A stretch of DNA of 32,000 nt, taken from Candidatus Pacearchaeota archaeon. GTDB lineage: Archaea; Nanobdellota; Nanobdellia; Pacearchaeales; UBA284. The position numbers and the translations under genes are program-made. The DNA is taken from contig CP061211.1 of assembly GCA_026016245.1 (NCBI GenBank), positions 270,001-302,000 on the forward strand, given 5' to 3'. This document shows positions 8,170 through 16,841 of this stretch, one piece after another. The notes under the pieces are model-generated. The model had not been told where the DNA came from. It did no database searches and worked only from the letters and a program-made list of their open reading frames with translations. Each line of letters opens with the position of its first letter. The first letter of the stretch is position 1.

Positions 8170-9324
8170 TTAAAGGTTTGTAAAAGGGATATTATCTTGG
8201 AAAGCTATCTCTAGGAAAGGAAGCTCTTTATATGCTCTTTTTTTTGATGTGTGTATAATCTTAGCTAATTTTTCAGCAATTTCCTTTCTTTTTGCTTGTT
8301 TTTGTTTTACTATCCATATTTTTAATATCCTTGAAGGTGGTTTGTATGATGTAAAATCTGTTTTTGCTTCTTTTTTTGAATTAGAGATACCTTCAGTGAG
8401 CAAAGCATTTATGTAAACAAGAAAACGCCAGTGTTGCCATCTTCTTATCCTGCCTCTAAAAACATCTGCCTTGCTTAAAGCATCATAAGCCTTTGCCAGC
8501 TCTTCTCCTCGATACTCTAAAGGCAGGTTTTCATCAATCCATAAAAAAATATCATTAGTATTTATATTCTGCACATTATTAAAAGCCCTTAATGTTTTGT
8601 CTTTAGCTTTGAATATTTTTCTCAAGGCCTGGAAAATATTTTCATCTTTTTCCCTGGAACACAAGTCTAGCGCATCTTTTTTTGTTATCTCATTCTCTTT
8701 GCGTACAGAAGCCAAAATCTGCAAGTCAGTTATTGCTGCTCTGGCATCCCCTCTGGCCGTGATTGAAATAGTCTCAAAAGCATCACTGGAGATTTTTAAC
8801 TTTTCTTTTTTAGATGTTTTTTGTAAAAGAGAAACAATACTTTCTTTATCTAGAGCTTTAAGTTCAATAAACTGCGTTTTTGAACGTAGGGGCCTTAGTT
8901 TAGCTTGCCAGGCATCATTTGCCACAAGAATTATAGGATAGCAGGTTCCTATTATTAATCTCATAAGTTCGCTTAGGCCTCCCCTGTCTCTAGTTCCAGT
9001 TATCCCATCAATTTCATCCACAAGAATTATCTTTCCCTTAGAAAATAAACTTTTTTGTTGAATGGCCTGCCCAATAATTTCTTTTATTTGTTGTTTATTT
9101 CTAAAGTCAGAGGCATTTAATTCAATAATTTCATAATCAAATTCTGAAGCCAGGGCATAGGCTATAGAAGTTTTTCCACTGCCAGCAGGACCATATAACA
9201 AGACAGCTTTTCTCCTTTGTATAGGAAAATTTTTTACAAAATCAAGAATTTTCTTTCTAGCTTCGACATTTCCAACTATGTCTTTTAGTTTTCTAGGTCT
9301 ATATTTTTCAGTCCAAGGAATCAT
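8170..9324 (-). CDS. rfcL: Replication factor C large subunit
   Basis: PWTEKYRPRKLKDIVGN, Walker A YGPAGSGKTSIAYALA, Walker B IILVDEIDGI. Confidence 0.93.
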   Translation of the reverse strand: MIPWTEKYRPRKLKDIVGNVEARKKILDFVKNFPIQRRKAVLLYGPAGSGKTSIAYALASEFDYEIIELNASDFRNKQQIKEIIGQAIQQKSLFSKGKIILVDEIDGITGTRDRGGLSELMRLIIGTCYPIILVANDAWQAKLRPLRSKTQFIELKALDKESIVSLLQKTSKKEKLKISSDAFETISITARGDARAAITDLQILASVRKENEITKKDALDLCSREKDENIFQALRKIFKAKDKTLRAFNNVQNINTNDIFLWIDENLPLEYRGEELAKAYDALSKADVFRGRIRRWQHWRFLVYINALLTEGISNSKKEAKTDFTSYKPPSRILKIWIVKQKQAKRKEIAEKLAKIIHTSKKRAYKELPFLEIAFQDNIPFTNL

Positions 9325-9332
9325 CTTTTATT

Positions 9333-10301
9333 TTATTTTTTAGCAAGAATGAATGAAGCAAGCAAAGCCTCAAGTTGAACAAAATCATCGCTTCCCTCTA
9401 CTAATCTAAATTCTATTTCCCCACACTTCTCTACAAGTTTTAATTTTTCTTCTTCTTTAATATCTAAATTCCATATCTCTTTCTGAATTGCTTTAACTAT
9501 ATCTAATCCTCCTAGACCTTGTTTTAACATAACATCAAGAAGCCTGTTTCTGGCATCAAGGAAAGAGCCTTTTAATGCCATTTCTATGATAGTTTTTATA
9601 TCAGCTGGTTTAACCTCTGCAATAATCTCATATATTGTATTTTCATTTATGTTTTTTGATATACTTGCGCTGGCTTGAAGTATATTAATAACACGACGTA
9701 GATCGCCATTGCTCACATCATACAAGCCTTCTATAGCCTTATTATTGATCTTGAACTTCTCTTGCTTTGCGATTCTTTCAACAACTCTGGCCACATCTTT
9801 CTTGTCTAAAAGTTTGAATCTAAAAATACTGCACCTTGATTGTATAGGATCAATAATTTTACTACTGACATTACAACTGAGAATAAAACGACATGTTCCT
9901 GTAAACATTTCCATTGTTCTTCTTAATGCTTGTTGAGCTTCTTTTGTCAGAGCATCGCTTTCATCAAGAAAAATGATTTTGAAAGGCCCGCTAAAAGCCT
10001 TTGTTCTTGCAAAGCCCTTGACTTTTTGCCTTACTACATCTATTCCTCTTTCATCACTAGCATTCAACTCTAAAAAATTTTCATGCCATGCCTTACCAAA
10101 GAACTTTTTTGCTATAATTAAAGCAAGAGTTGTCTTGCCACTTCCTGCAGGACCTGAAAAAAGTAAATGTGGCATATTCTTATTCTGGACAAAGGCTCTC
10201 CCCCTCTTAACAATCTCAGAATGGCCAAGAACCTCAGAAAAGTCTTTAGGACGGTATTTCTCAGTCCAAATTACACTATCTTTAAATTCCTTAGCCTTCA
10301 T
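9333..10301 (-). CDS. rfcS: Replication factor C small subunit
   Basis: VIWTEKYRPKDFSEVLGH, FSGPAGSGKTTLALIIAK, IIFLDESDALTKEAQQALRRTMEMF, CNVSSKIIDPIQSRC. The ORF track extends to 10484 but homology starts near MKAKEFKDSVIWTEKYRP at 10301. Confidence 0.93.
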   Translation of the reverse strand: MKAKEFKDSVIWTEKYRPKDFSEVLGHSEIVKRGRAFVQNKNMPHLLFSGPAGSGKTTLALIIAKKFFGKAWHENFLELNASDERGIDVVRQKVKGFARTKAFSGPFKIIFLDESDALTKEAQQALRRTMEMFTGTCRFILSCNVSSKIIDPIQSRCSIFRFKLLDKKDVARVVERIAKQEKFKINNKAIEGLYDVSNGDLRRVINILQASASISKNINENTIYEIIAEVKPADIKTIIEMALKGSFLDARNRLLDVMLKQGLGGLDIVKAIQKEIWNLDIKEEEKLKLVEKCGEIEFRLVEGSDDFVQLEALLASFILAKK

Positions 10302-10409
10302 GTCTAAAAGAAAGGGGAAGTTTTTATAAATCTTATGTTCAAGAATCATTAATTCCTTAAGAGTAAGAACAAGAAAAAGGTTTAAATATCTCCTCCTGTT
10401 TCTAATTTT

Positions 10410-11036
10410 ATGGTAAAAATTAATTTTGAATTGAGAAATCCTAGTTATTATTACATTAGTCTTACCAATTATATTGAAAATCAAATTGATAAGGTTTTAA
10501 CTAAATTAAGACAGCAGGATAAAATTAAGGGATTAGAAAAAGAAGTAGAAAAACAAAAAAAAGAGGCTGAGATTTCTTTGGACGTGGCTCTTAGAGAAGA
10601 ACGAGAAAAAAGAAAAATTCTTCAAGAAAAGTTAATAGTGGAAGCACAATTAGATAAGTATTGTAATGGTGATTCTTATATAAAAAAGATATTACCAAAA
10701 TCAAGAAAAGAGATTAAAATATTATCAGAATCTATCCCCTCAGAAAGAGAAAAGCTCCCTCGCGTTAAAATTAGTTCAAAACATCCAAGAAGTGAGGAAT
10801 ATTTAAGATTTATCAAGAAATTAGAAGGAATAAAATATATTACAGAGATTGTAGATGGAGAGGCAAGAGAAGCAAAAAAATCTAGAATTAGAAGAATAAC
10901 TGAAAAAGAAATTTTATTTATTCATGTTGATAATAATTGTCGTGGTTATCGTATTTCAGTTAAGACTACTGCTGAGAATATTAGACAGCAGCATCATATT
11001 GTAGCTTTAATAGAAGAATATTTTATTAGACCCTAG
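10410..11036 (+). CDS. Hypothetical protein with long coiled-coil segment
   Basis: 208-aa ORF with charged heptad-like region. Its start is too far upstream of the adjacent gene for the rfcS N-terminal extension to be real as well. Confidence 0.6.
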   Translation: MVKINFELRNPSYYYISLTNYIENQIDKVLTKLRQQDKIKGLEKEVEKQKKEAEISLDVALREEREKRKILQEKLIVEAQLDKYCNGDSYIKKILPKSRKEIKILSESIPSEREKLPRVKISSKHPRSEEYLRFIKKLEGIKYITEIVDGEAREAKKSRIRRITEKEILFIHVDNNCRGYRISVKTTAENIRQQHHIVALIEEYFIRP

Positions 11037-11892
11037 AAATAACAAATCTTGATCCTGCAAAAGCTGATATTACTGCTGTTATCAAAAGATTTCCTACTTG
11101 AGTTTTAAAAATAGGTTCAGATAATGGCTGGCCTGCTCTGTCTGCAAATTTCTGAACAGCTGCTTTTATCTCATCCTCGTTCAACGTGATTTTTGTTTCT
11201 TGTATTGTTCCTTCTCTTGTTATCTTAATAGAAAGATTAGCACCATCACATTGTATTAGAGAAACACCATCATCTTTAACAAGAGAATTTAATTTTCCTA
11301 AATCTATTCCTGTGATTGCTTCATATTTTTCTTCTGGAGGGGGAGGAGGAACAGGAGCTGGAGGTGCTAGGGCAGGAGCTTCTGGGACTTCTGGAGCTTC
11401 GGGTGTAGGAAACTGCACTGTTGGTGGTGCCATAGCCTCTTCTTCAGGAGGCCTAGCAGGAGATCTTGGTTCAGGCAGAGGATATTCTTTTTCTGGTTTT
11501 GGTGCTTTTGGCAATATAGGCAAGGGTCTCTTATAAACTGGGGCCACTTCTGTTGGGGGAGGTGTTGGTTTTGGCGCTGCTTCAACTATTTCTTCCATTT
11601 TCTCAGGCTCTACTTTTTCTTCTTCTAATGTAAGAGGTTTTAATTTTTCTCTCATTTTCCTGCCTTTCATTATGCCTAGTCTTAATTTTTTCTCAACTAC
11701 TGCAACTTCCTTTTCTGCTTTCTCCTTTTTCCCTATTTTTTTCTCTTCTATAATTTGTTTTTCTTTAGCAATAAGAAGCTGTTTCATAAAAGAGCTAAGA
11801 AATTCTCTTTCTCTAGCACTTTTTGCTTTCTCGGCAGCAGTTTCTACAGCTTTTATTTCAGATTTTATAGTTTTTGCTTTCTTTCTAGCCAT
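11026..11892 (-). CDS. Hypothetical protein: charged coiled-coil, proline-rich linker, conserved-looking C-terminal domain
   Basis: 288-aa ORF with Pro/Glu/Ala-rich centre and a compact C-terminal ~100 residues (YEAITGIDLGKLNSLVKDDGVSLIQCDGANLSIKI...FVISRV). Confidence 0.65.
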   Translation of the reverse strand: MARKKAKTIKSEIKAVETAAEKAKSAREREFLSSFMKQLLIAKEKQIIEEKKIGKKEKAEKEVAVVEKKLRLGIMKGRKMREKLKPLTLEEEKVEPEKMEEIVEAAPKPTPPPTEVAPVYKRPLPILPKAPKPEKEYPLPEPRSPARPPEEEAMAPPTVQFPTPEAPEVPEAPALAPPAPVPPPPPEEKYEAITGIDLGKLNSLVKDDGVSLIQCDGANLSIKITREGTIQETKITLNEDEIKAAVQKFADRAGQPLSEPIFKTQVGNLLITAVISAFAGSRFVISRV

Positions 11893-11905
11893 TTTAGAAA
11901 TATAA

Positions 11906-12286
11906 TTAAAAGGAAAACTCTGGTAAAGGTTTTGGTTTGTGTGTTTCTCTAGATGGTCTTGCTGGACTTGGTCTTTCTACTTTGCTTTCCCTAAGTGTTT
12001 TTTCTAAAAGAAGCAAGCCTTTTGCTATTGTCATGTTCTGCTTGACAAGATCATCTATCTTCTCTGAAAGTTCAGCAATTTCCGACGGAGCTGCTGCGGC
12101 TCCCTCTATTCTAGCTTCCTTAAAAGCCTTGCTTGCATCTTCAAATAATTTAAGCAAAGAAGAAACTTTTTTGTTCAAACTCTTAAGTTCAGTGGCTAGG
12201 TTGGTGATAGTCTTTTGTAGAGCTATAGTGTTCTCTAAAAGTAGATCTATGGCTTTAGTTGATTTTACCCCTTTTTTTGTCATCAC
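11906..12286 (-). CDS. Hypothetical coiled-coil protein
   Basis: 126-aa ORF, predominantly helical, immediately upstream of the 11026-11892 gene on the same strand (13-bp gap). Confidence 0.6.
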   Translation of the reverse strand: MMTKKGVKSTKAIDLLLENTIALQKTITNLATELKSLNKKVSSLLKLFEDASKAFKEARIEGAAAAPSEIAELSEKIDDLVKQNMTIAKGLLLLEKTLRESKVERPSPARPSRETHKPKPLPEFSF

Positions 12287-12361
12287 ATCCTAAACAAAAA
12301 GGAATTTAAAAATTTTGCTCTTAACAAAAATTTATAAATCTTTAACATTTTTATCTTGTAT

Positions 12362-12445
12362 GCGGGAGTGTCGGAGTGGTCAAACGAGCAGGACTTAAGA
12401 TCCTGTGGGTTAGTCCCTGCGCAGGTTCGAATCCTGTCTCCCGCA
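12362..12445 (+). tRNA. tRNA-Leu (anticodon TAA)
   Basis: Class II tRNA: GCGGGAG acceptor, CAGGA-CTTAAGA-TCCTG anticodon arm, long variable arm, CAGG-TTCGAAT-CCTG T arm, CTCCCGC A. Confidence 0.94.
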
Positions 12446-12483
12446 TCAGCAAGCTTTAAAAGTTCTTTCTGCCTCTTTTTAGT

Positions 12484-12747
12484 GGGTAGGTTAGGCTGGC
12501 ACGCTAGCCCTGTGCCGTTTGTAAATGGGCTTTATGACAAGCTGCAAGAGGAGGCGTTATATGCTTGTTGGGGAGTCCTGACTTGGACGTTGAGGTCTTG
12601 TCCTGCTTGATCTTGCCCTAGCAAACCGGGTCAGTTCCGGAAGGAGGCAGCCCTAAGTTAGAGTTAAGATGCTTGTAGGGTTGCAAGGCTGAGGAAGAGT
12701 TAGGGTAGCTTTCTAGTAAGTATAGAAGCAAATCCTCGAACCTGCCC
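12484..12747 (+). ncRNA. Archaeal signal recognition particle RNA (7S RNA)
   Basis: Helix 8 core CCGGGTCAGTTCCGGAAGGAGGCAGCCC at about 12629. The 5' GGGTAGGTT (12484-12492) pairs with 3' AACCTGCCC (12739-12747). The 5' domain has GGCAC/GTGCC loop complementarity, and a TATA-like CTTTAAAA lies about 25-30 nt upstream. Confidence 0.9.
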
Positions 12748-12755
12748 TTTTAAAA

Positions 12756-13475
12756 TTATTTTAAAACTCCTCTAACATAACCAAGATTCTCTTTTTTTAA
12801 ACCAAGTGCTTCTTTTAACCCCTTATATTCAAAATTAAACATTTTTTTGATAAATTCTGGAAAAAGATCATTTGATATCCTCACTTTATATTCTGTATAA
12901 TGAGATAAATAAATATGTGCTGTTGTTTGTCCAATTGCATATTTAGAAGCAATTTCTAAACTTTTTCTTGCCTTTTCTTTTCCAAACTCTTTCAGTCTAG
13001 AATTTATGAAGGGAGTTTGAATAATTCTTTCGTGTAAATCCTTTTTAAAATTTAAATCTTTTTTATAGAATTCTTCCATGACGTTATATAATTTAATAAA
13101 ATCTGAATCTTCATATAGTTCTGAAATAAAACAAACATCAAATTCACAGCCTCCCCTTTTTATTTTTCTTAAAGTCCTTTCCATTTCTCCTTTTAATCTT
13201 CTTAATTTCTTTTCTGCTTCTTCAGAACATAAATCTTGAAATGCCACTATATTATGAACATAAATTTTATCCCATGGAATAAGCAATATTTTTTTTGCAT
13301 ACTGAAGCAGATTTATGGTTATATCTCTTATATTTTTTCTTGAATAGTATCTTGAACCAAAACTGATGCCAGCAAAACAGCTCAAGGTTTTTGGCTCATA
13401 TAAAAATTTTTTGCCAAGTCCATATGTTTCTAATATCTCTAACTTTCTAATGGGTTTTATATTTTTAATCATCAT
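12756..13475 (-). CDS. Cyclodipeptide synthase (CDPS)-like protein
   Basis: 239 aa. FAGISFGSRYYSRKNIRDITINLLQYA resembles the CDPS active-site Ser motif (GISxGNSYFSxKN...LLQWA as in AlbC). SEEAEKKLRRLKGEMERTLRKI and FISELYEDSDFIKLYNVMEEFYKKDLNF match CDPS helices. Ser38 and Tyr179 keep the relative spacing of AlbC Ser37 and Tyr178. Confidence 0.72.
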   Translation of the reverse strand: MMIKNIKPIRKLEILETYGLGKKFLYEPKTLSCFAGISFGSRYYSRKNIRDITINLLQYAKKILLIPWDKIYVHNIVAFQDLCSEEAEKKLRRLKGEMERTLRKIKRGGCEFDVCFISELYEDSDFIKLYNVMEEFYKKDLNFKKDLHERIIQTPFINSRLKEFGKEKARKSLEIASKYAIGQTTAHIYLSHYTEYKVRISNDLFPEFIKKMFNFEYKGLKEALGLKKENLGYVRGVLK

Positions 13476-14860
13476 TTTAATTTTTTATATACCAAGGATA
13501 AAAATTCATCAAAAATTTTTTTATACCTTGGATGTTTTTTGATGAATTTAGAAATTCTCTTTTTATATTCTTCAGAGAAATAAAAAGTCCTTGACATCTC
13601 TCCTTGTATTTCTTTTAATTCGTTACCGCTAAAACAGGGATGGTTGAAAACTAAGTGATTTACATCATACTTTGACTTATCCTTTTCAATTAAAAATCCT
13701 TTTTCTCTTATTATTTTGTGATCCAATGTTCCTGGAAAAGGAGTATAAATTGGAAAGGAAGCTATATGAATATTATAATAAGGCAGTCTATTCATGGTTT
13801 CTTTTATCTGCTCTCTAGTTTCCTTAGGCCATCCAATAATTAAGAAAGTTTCACTAAGAATTCCTATTTCTGACGAATAGTTCAAAATTTCTTGTATTTT
13901 ATTTGAAGGACATAATTTTTTTGTTTCTTTCTTGATCCATGGGGGTTGTAGTATATTCTCTAATCCCCAACTTATCTTTACGCAACCCGCTTGCTTCATC
14001 TTTTTTAATAAACCATAACTTATGTTTCTAAACCCAGAAAGAATAGTCCAATAAATATTGAGATTTTCTTGGATTAAACTATCACACAATTCTTCTACTT
14101 TTTTAGGATTTAGAGTCATATTTAAATCTGTAAAGAAGATATAATTTATTCCAAAATTTTCTTTTAGATTTTTAAGTTGCCTTGTTATTGTCTCTGGTTT
14201 TCTATAAATGATTTTTCTACCTAAGACATTTGGGGAAGCACAAAAACTACAATTAAAAGTGCATCCCCTAGAGTATTCTAAAAAAGCTGTTTTTCTCTTT
14301 TTTGTTGGTGGATAAGACAAATAAGTAGATTTTTGTTTGAAGATCTTCTCTGTTCTAAATGGGTCTGGTAATTTATCTAAATTTTCTATCCTTTGCCTTC
14401 TTGGATTAACAACAATCCCTTCCCCTAAAAAAGCAATACCTTTTATCTTTTCATAATCTTTATTTTTTTCAATAGATGTTAATAATTCTCTGAATGTTTC
14501 TTCACCCTCCCCAAGAATAGCAAAATCAAACCCTTCTTTGATAATAGAAGGCTCTGCTGAGGGATGGTAGCCTCCAACGATAGATATTAGATTGGATTTT
14601 ATTTTTTTTAATTCTTTATTAAATTTTAGGTAAAAATCAATTCTATTTGTTGTACTTGAATATAAAATAATATTTGGATTAAAAGCAATTATTTCTTCCA
14701 TATCTTTTGTGTCTTTTGGAATGAATAAATCAACTTCATGTCCTTGACCTTGGGCTACAGCTAAAATACATTCTAGACCTAAAGGCTCATCTAAACCCCT
14801 AATTACTTCTTCAATTGTTTCTATATCCTCATGAATTTTGTAAACTCCAGCAACTTTCAT
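13472..14860 (-). CDS. Radical SAM enzyme with N-terminal B12-binding-like domain (BchE/class B type architecture)
   Basis: Cluster motif SRGCTFNCSFCAS (CxxxCxxC). N-terminal PLGLECILAVAQGQGHEVDLFIP...ISIVGGYHPSAEP...FAILGEGEETFREL is typical of B12-binding radical SAM proteins. Confidence 0.88.
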   Translation of the reverse strand: MKVAGVYKIHEDIETIEEVIRGLDEPLGLECILAVAQGQGHEVDLFIPKDTKDMEEIIAFNPNIILYSSTTNRIDFYLKFNKELKKIKSNLISIVGGYHPSAEPSIIKEGFDFAILGEGEETFRELLTSIEKNKDYEKIKGIAFLGEGIVVNPRRQRIENLDKLPDPFRTEKIFKQKSTYLSYPPTKKRKTAFLEYSRGCTFNCSFCASPNVLGRKIIYRKPETITRQLKNLKENFGINYIFFTDLNMTLNPKKVEELCDSLIQENLNIYWTILSGFRNISYGLLKKMKQAGCVKISWGLENILQPPWIKKETKKLCPSNKIQEILNYSSEIGILSETFLIIGWPKETREQIKETMNRLPYYNIHIASFPIYTPFPGTLDHKIIREKGFLIEKDKSKYDVNHLVFNHPCFSGNELKEIQGEMSRTFYFSEEYKKRISKFIKKHPRYKKIFDEFLSLVYKKLK

Positions 14861-14900
14861 TTTATCTACTTCTTAGTGATATTTGTTTTTATTTTATTGC

Positions 14901-14916
14901 TCTCCAATATTGGAGA
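14901..14916. promoter_or_regulatory. Candidate operator: perfect 16-bp palindrome TCTCCAATATTGGAGA in divergent promoter
   Basis: Sequence equals its own reverse complement. It lies between the start of the radical SAM/CDPS operon (14860) and the start of the TrmB-like gene (14950), beside TATA-like AAATTTAAAAA. Confidence 0.6.
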
Positions 14917-14949
14917 AAAATTTAAAAACTAGGAGAAGATTAAAGAAAT

Positions 14950-15711
14950 ATGGAAGAATTTATTAAAGCCCTAATGAAAACAGGACTAACAAAAGCTGAA
15001 TCAAAAGTTTATTTTTACTTAGTTGGTGTTTCTCAGTCAACTAGTGGAGATGTCATAAAAAATACGGGACTGCAAAGCTCAACAGTATATCATGTGGTCA
15101 ACACCTTAATAGATAAGGGGCTTGTTTCTTACACATTAAAAAATAACATAAAATACTTTCAAGTGACTGGTTTAAGTAATTTGATAAATTATTTAGATGG
15201 TCTAAAAGAAGAGATAAAAAGCTCTAAGAAAAAATTGAATAGATTATTTGCTGAAATTAAAAAATCTGAAAAAAAGGAAATTTACGAAGTAAAGGTCTTT
15301 GAAGGATGGAATGGAGTATGGAATGCATTTGAAGAATGTTTAGAAAAAACTAATAAAAAAGAACCTATTTTGATATATACCCTTAGCAAATATGTGGGGG
15401 CTGATCCAAATATGGCGAAGGCTTTAATAAATAGAATAAGAAATAAGAGATTAAAAAGAAAACTTTACGAGAAAATTATTATTAATGAATCTGAAAGAAA
15501 AACCCTTGGCAGAGACCATGAAAAATTGCCTTATACTCAAATAAAATATTTGCCTGAAAATTTATCAAATCCAGCTATAGTCCACATTTATAGTGATAGG
15601 GTTTTAATTGTGATTTCATCTAAAAAACCTATTGCAACTATGATAAAAGATAGGTTTGTTGTTGAGAGTTTTAGAAATAACTTTAAATTATTATGGAAAA
15701 TAGCTAAATAA
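14950..15711 (+). CDS. TrmB-family transcriptional regulator
   Basis: N-terminal wHTH: LTKAESKVYFYLVGVSQSTSGDVIKNTGLQSSTVYHVVNTLIDKGLVSYTLKNNIKYFQ. C-terminal effector-like domain ends SFRNNFKLLWKIAK. Confidence 0.88.
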   Translation: MEEFIKALMKTGLTKAESKVYFYLVGVSQSTSGDVIKNTGLQSSTVYHVVNTLIDKGLVSYTLKNNIKYFQVTGLSNLINYLDGLKEEIKSSKKKLNRLFAEIKKSEKKEIYEVKVFEGWNGVWNAFEECLEKTNKKEPILIYTLSKYVGADPNMAKALINRIRNKRLKRKLYEKIIINESERKTLGRDHEKLPYTQIKYLPENLSNPAIVHIYSDRVLIVISSKKPIATMIKDRFVVESFRNNFKLLWKIAK

Positions 15712-15787
15712 TCTAGTAAAAAGATATAAATATCAAAAACTATTTATGCATTTATAAAGTCAGAAAATAAAATGATAAGTACGATAA

Positions 15788-16333
15788 ATGGATAAAAAGC
15801 GAAGTAAGATGAATAAAAAAGCTCAATTTTTCATTATTTTTGCAGTAATTCTTGGGATAATAATTCTAAGCCTGGCAACAATATTCAATACAATAATAAA
15901 GACTGGAAGAGAAGAAACAGCTCCTAAGAAATTTGCTCTGATGTGTAAAAATTACAAAGAGGAGGTTTTCAGAGTCAGTGAACATGCAATAAACACAAGC
16001 AACAAGAGTGGGGAAGCTGGCTTGATTCTTGATTTCACTAAAGAATTTATGAGTTATGCAGAAAAAACTGATCCTAATTTTGGCCTTGTTTATGTTTATG
16101 GTAATAATAATTATGTAAATATTTTGGATGCAACAGATTATGAAATTGTTGTTGAGGATTATGATAATTGGCAGTCATTAAATGGTTATAGATTTATAGA
16201 GATTATTGGACCAGTAGATAAAATAATTTTATCAAGTGAGAAAGTTAATAAACAATATGAAATTGACAATAATGAAAAGTTTTGGTTTATAGCCTTGACA
16301 GAAAAAGATGGTGAAGAATATGTTTGTGAATAA
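15788..16333 (+). CDS. Pilin-like secreted/anchored protein
   Basis: N-terminal KKAQFFIIFAVILGIIILSLATIF after short basic leader; first gene of a run of five similar small genes. Confidence 0.6.
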   Translation: MDKKRSKMNKKAQFFIIFAVILGIIILSLATIFNTIIKTGREETAPKKFALMCKNYKEEVFRVSEHAINTSNKSGEAGLILDFTKEFMSYAEKTDPNFGLVYVYGNNNYVNILDATDYEIVVEDYDNWQSLNGYRFIEIIGPVDKIILSSEKVNKQYEIDNNEKFWFIALTEKDGEEYVCE

Positions 16334-16841
16334 AAAAGAAAATAAGAAAGGCATTAGTATCCTTGTTTCTTATGTTCTGCTCATCACCTTAGCTATAGCT
16401 CTTGCAGCAGCCACATATACATTCTTGAGAACCTATGCAGAAAAACCACTCCCAGAAGAAGGCTGTCCTGAAGGAACTAACATAGTTATTGAAAATTATA
16501 CTTGTGAAGATGATGGAATCAATATAACAATAAAAAATCGTGGTTTGTTTAATGTTACAGGAGTTTTTATTAAAATTGGTAATGAAACAGACAGTGAATT
16601 TTTATATGATTTTTTAGAGATAAGTCCTGACTGTACAGGCAAACCAAGATGTGTTATTTGTGACAGAGATCCTTGTTTTGCCCCTAATGAAGAATTTTAT
16701 CCAGAAAGTCCTTTTAGTTATTCATCTTTTAATAAAATAACAAGAATAGTGGTTATTCCATATAGGGCAGGAGAGCCTTATGCCACTCTATGCAAGAATG
16801 CTATCGCTAGTCTAGATATCCCAGAGGGAGCATGTGAATAA
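16320..16841 (+). CDS. Archaeal type IV pilin-like protein
   Basis: ENKKGISILVSYVLLITLAIALAAATYTFL class III signal-like N-terminus. ATG at 16320 (MFVNKKENKKG) seems more plausible than 16308. Confidence 0.65.
   Translation: MFVNKKENKKGISILVSYVLLITLAIALAAATYTFLRTYAEKPLPEEGCPEGTNIVIENYTCEDDGINITIKNRGLFNVTGVFIKIGNETDSEFLYDFLEISPDCTGKPRCVICDRDPCFAPNEEFYPESPFSYSSFNKITRIVVIPYRAGEPYATLCKNAIASLDIPEGACE

Noticed and set aside
10302-10484. N-terminal extension of rfcS (MIFNIIGKTNVIITRISQ...)
   Set aside because: Conserved RFC sequence begins near 10301, and the extension overlaps the start of the divergent gene at 10410. It is probably intergenic read-through.
12356-12610. 84-aa ORF (MYAGVSEWSNEQDLRSCGLVPAQVRILSP...)
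   Set aside because: It is a translation through tRNA-Leu and the 5' part of the SRP RNA, a common spurious ORF.
12362-13475. Functional link between tRNA-Leu(UAA) and the nearby CDPS-like gene (a Leu-tRNA consumer)
   Set aside because: The SRP RNA lies between them and the genes are convergent. Proximity alone is not evidence, although cyclo-Leu-Leu type products could be tested.
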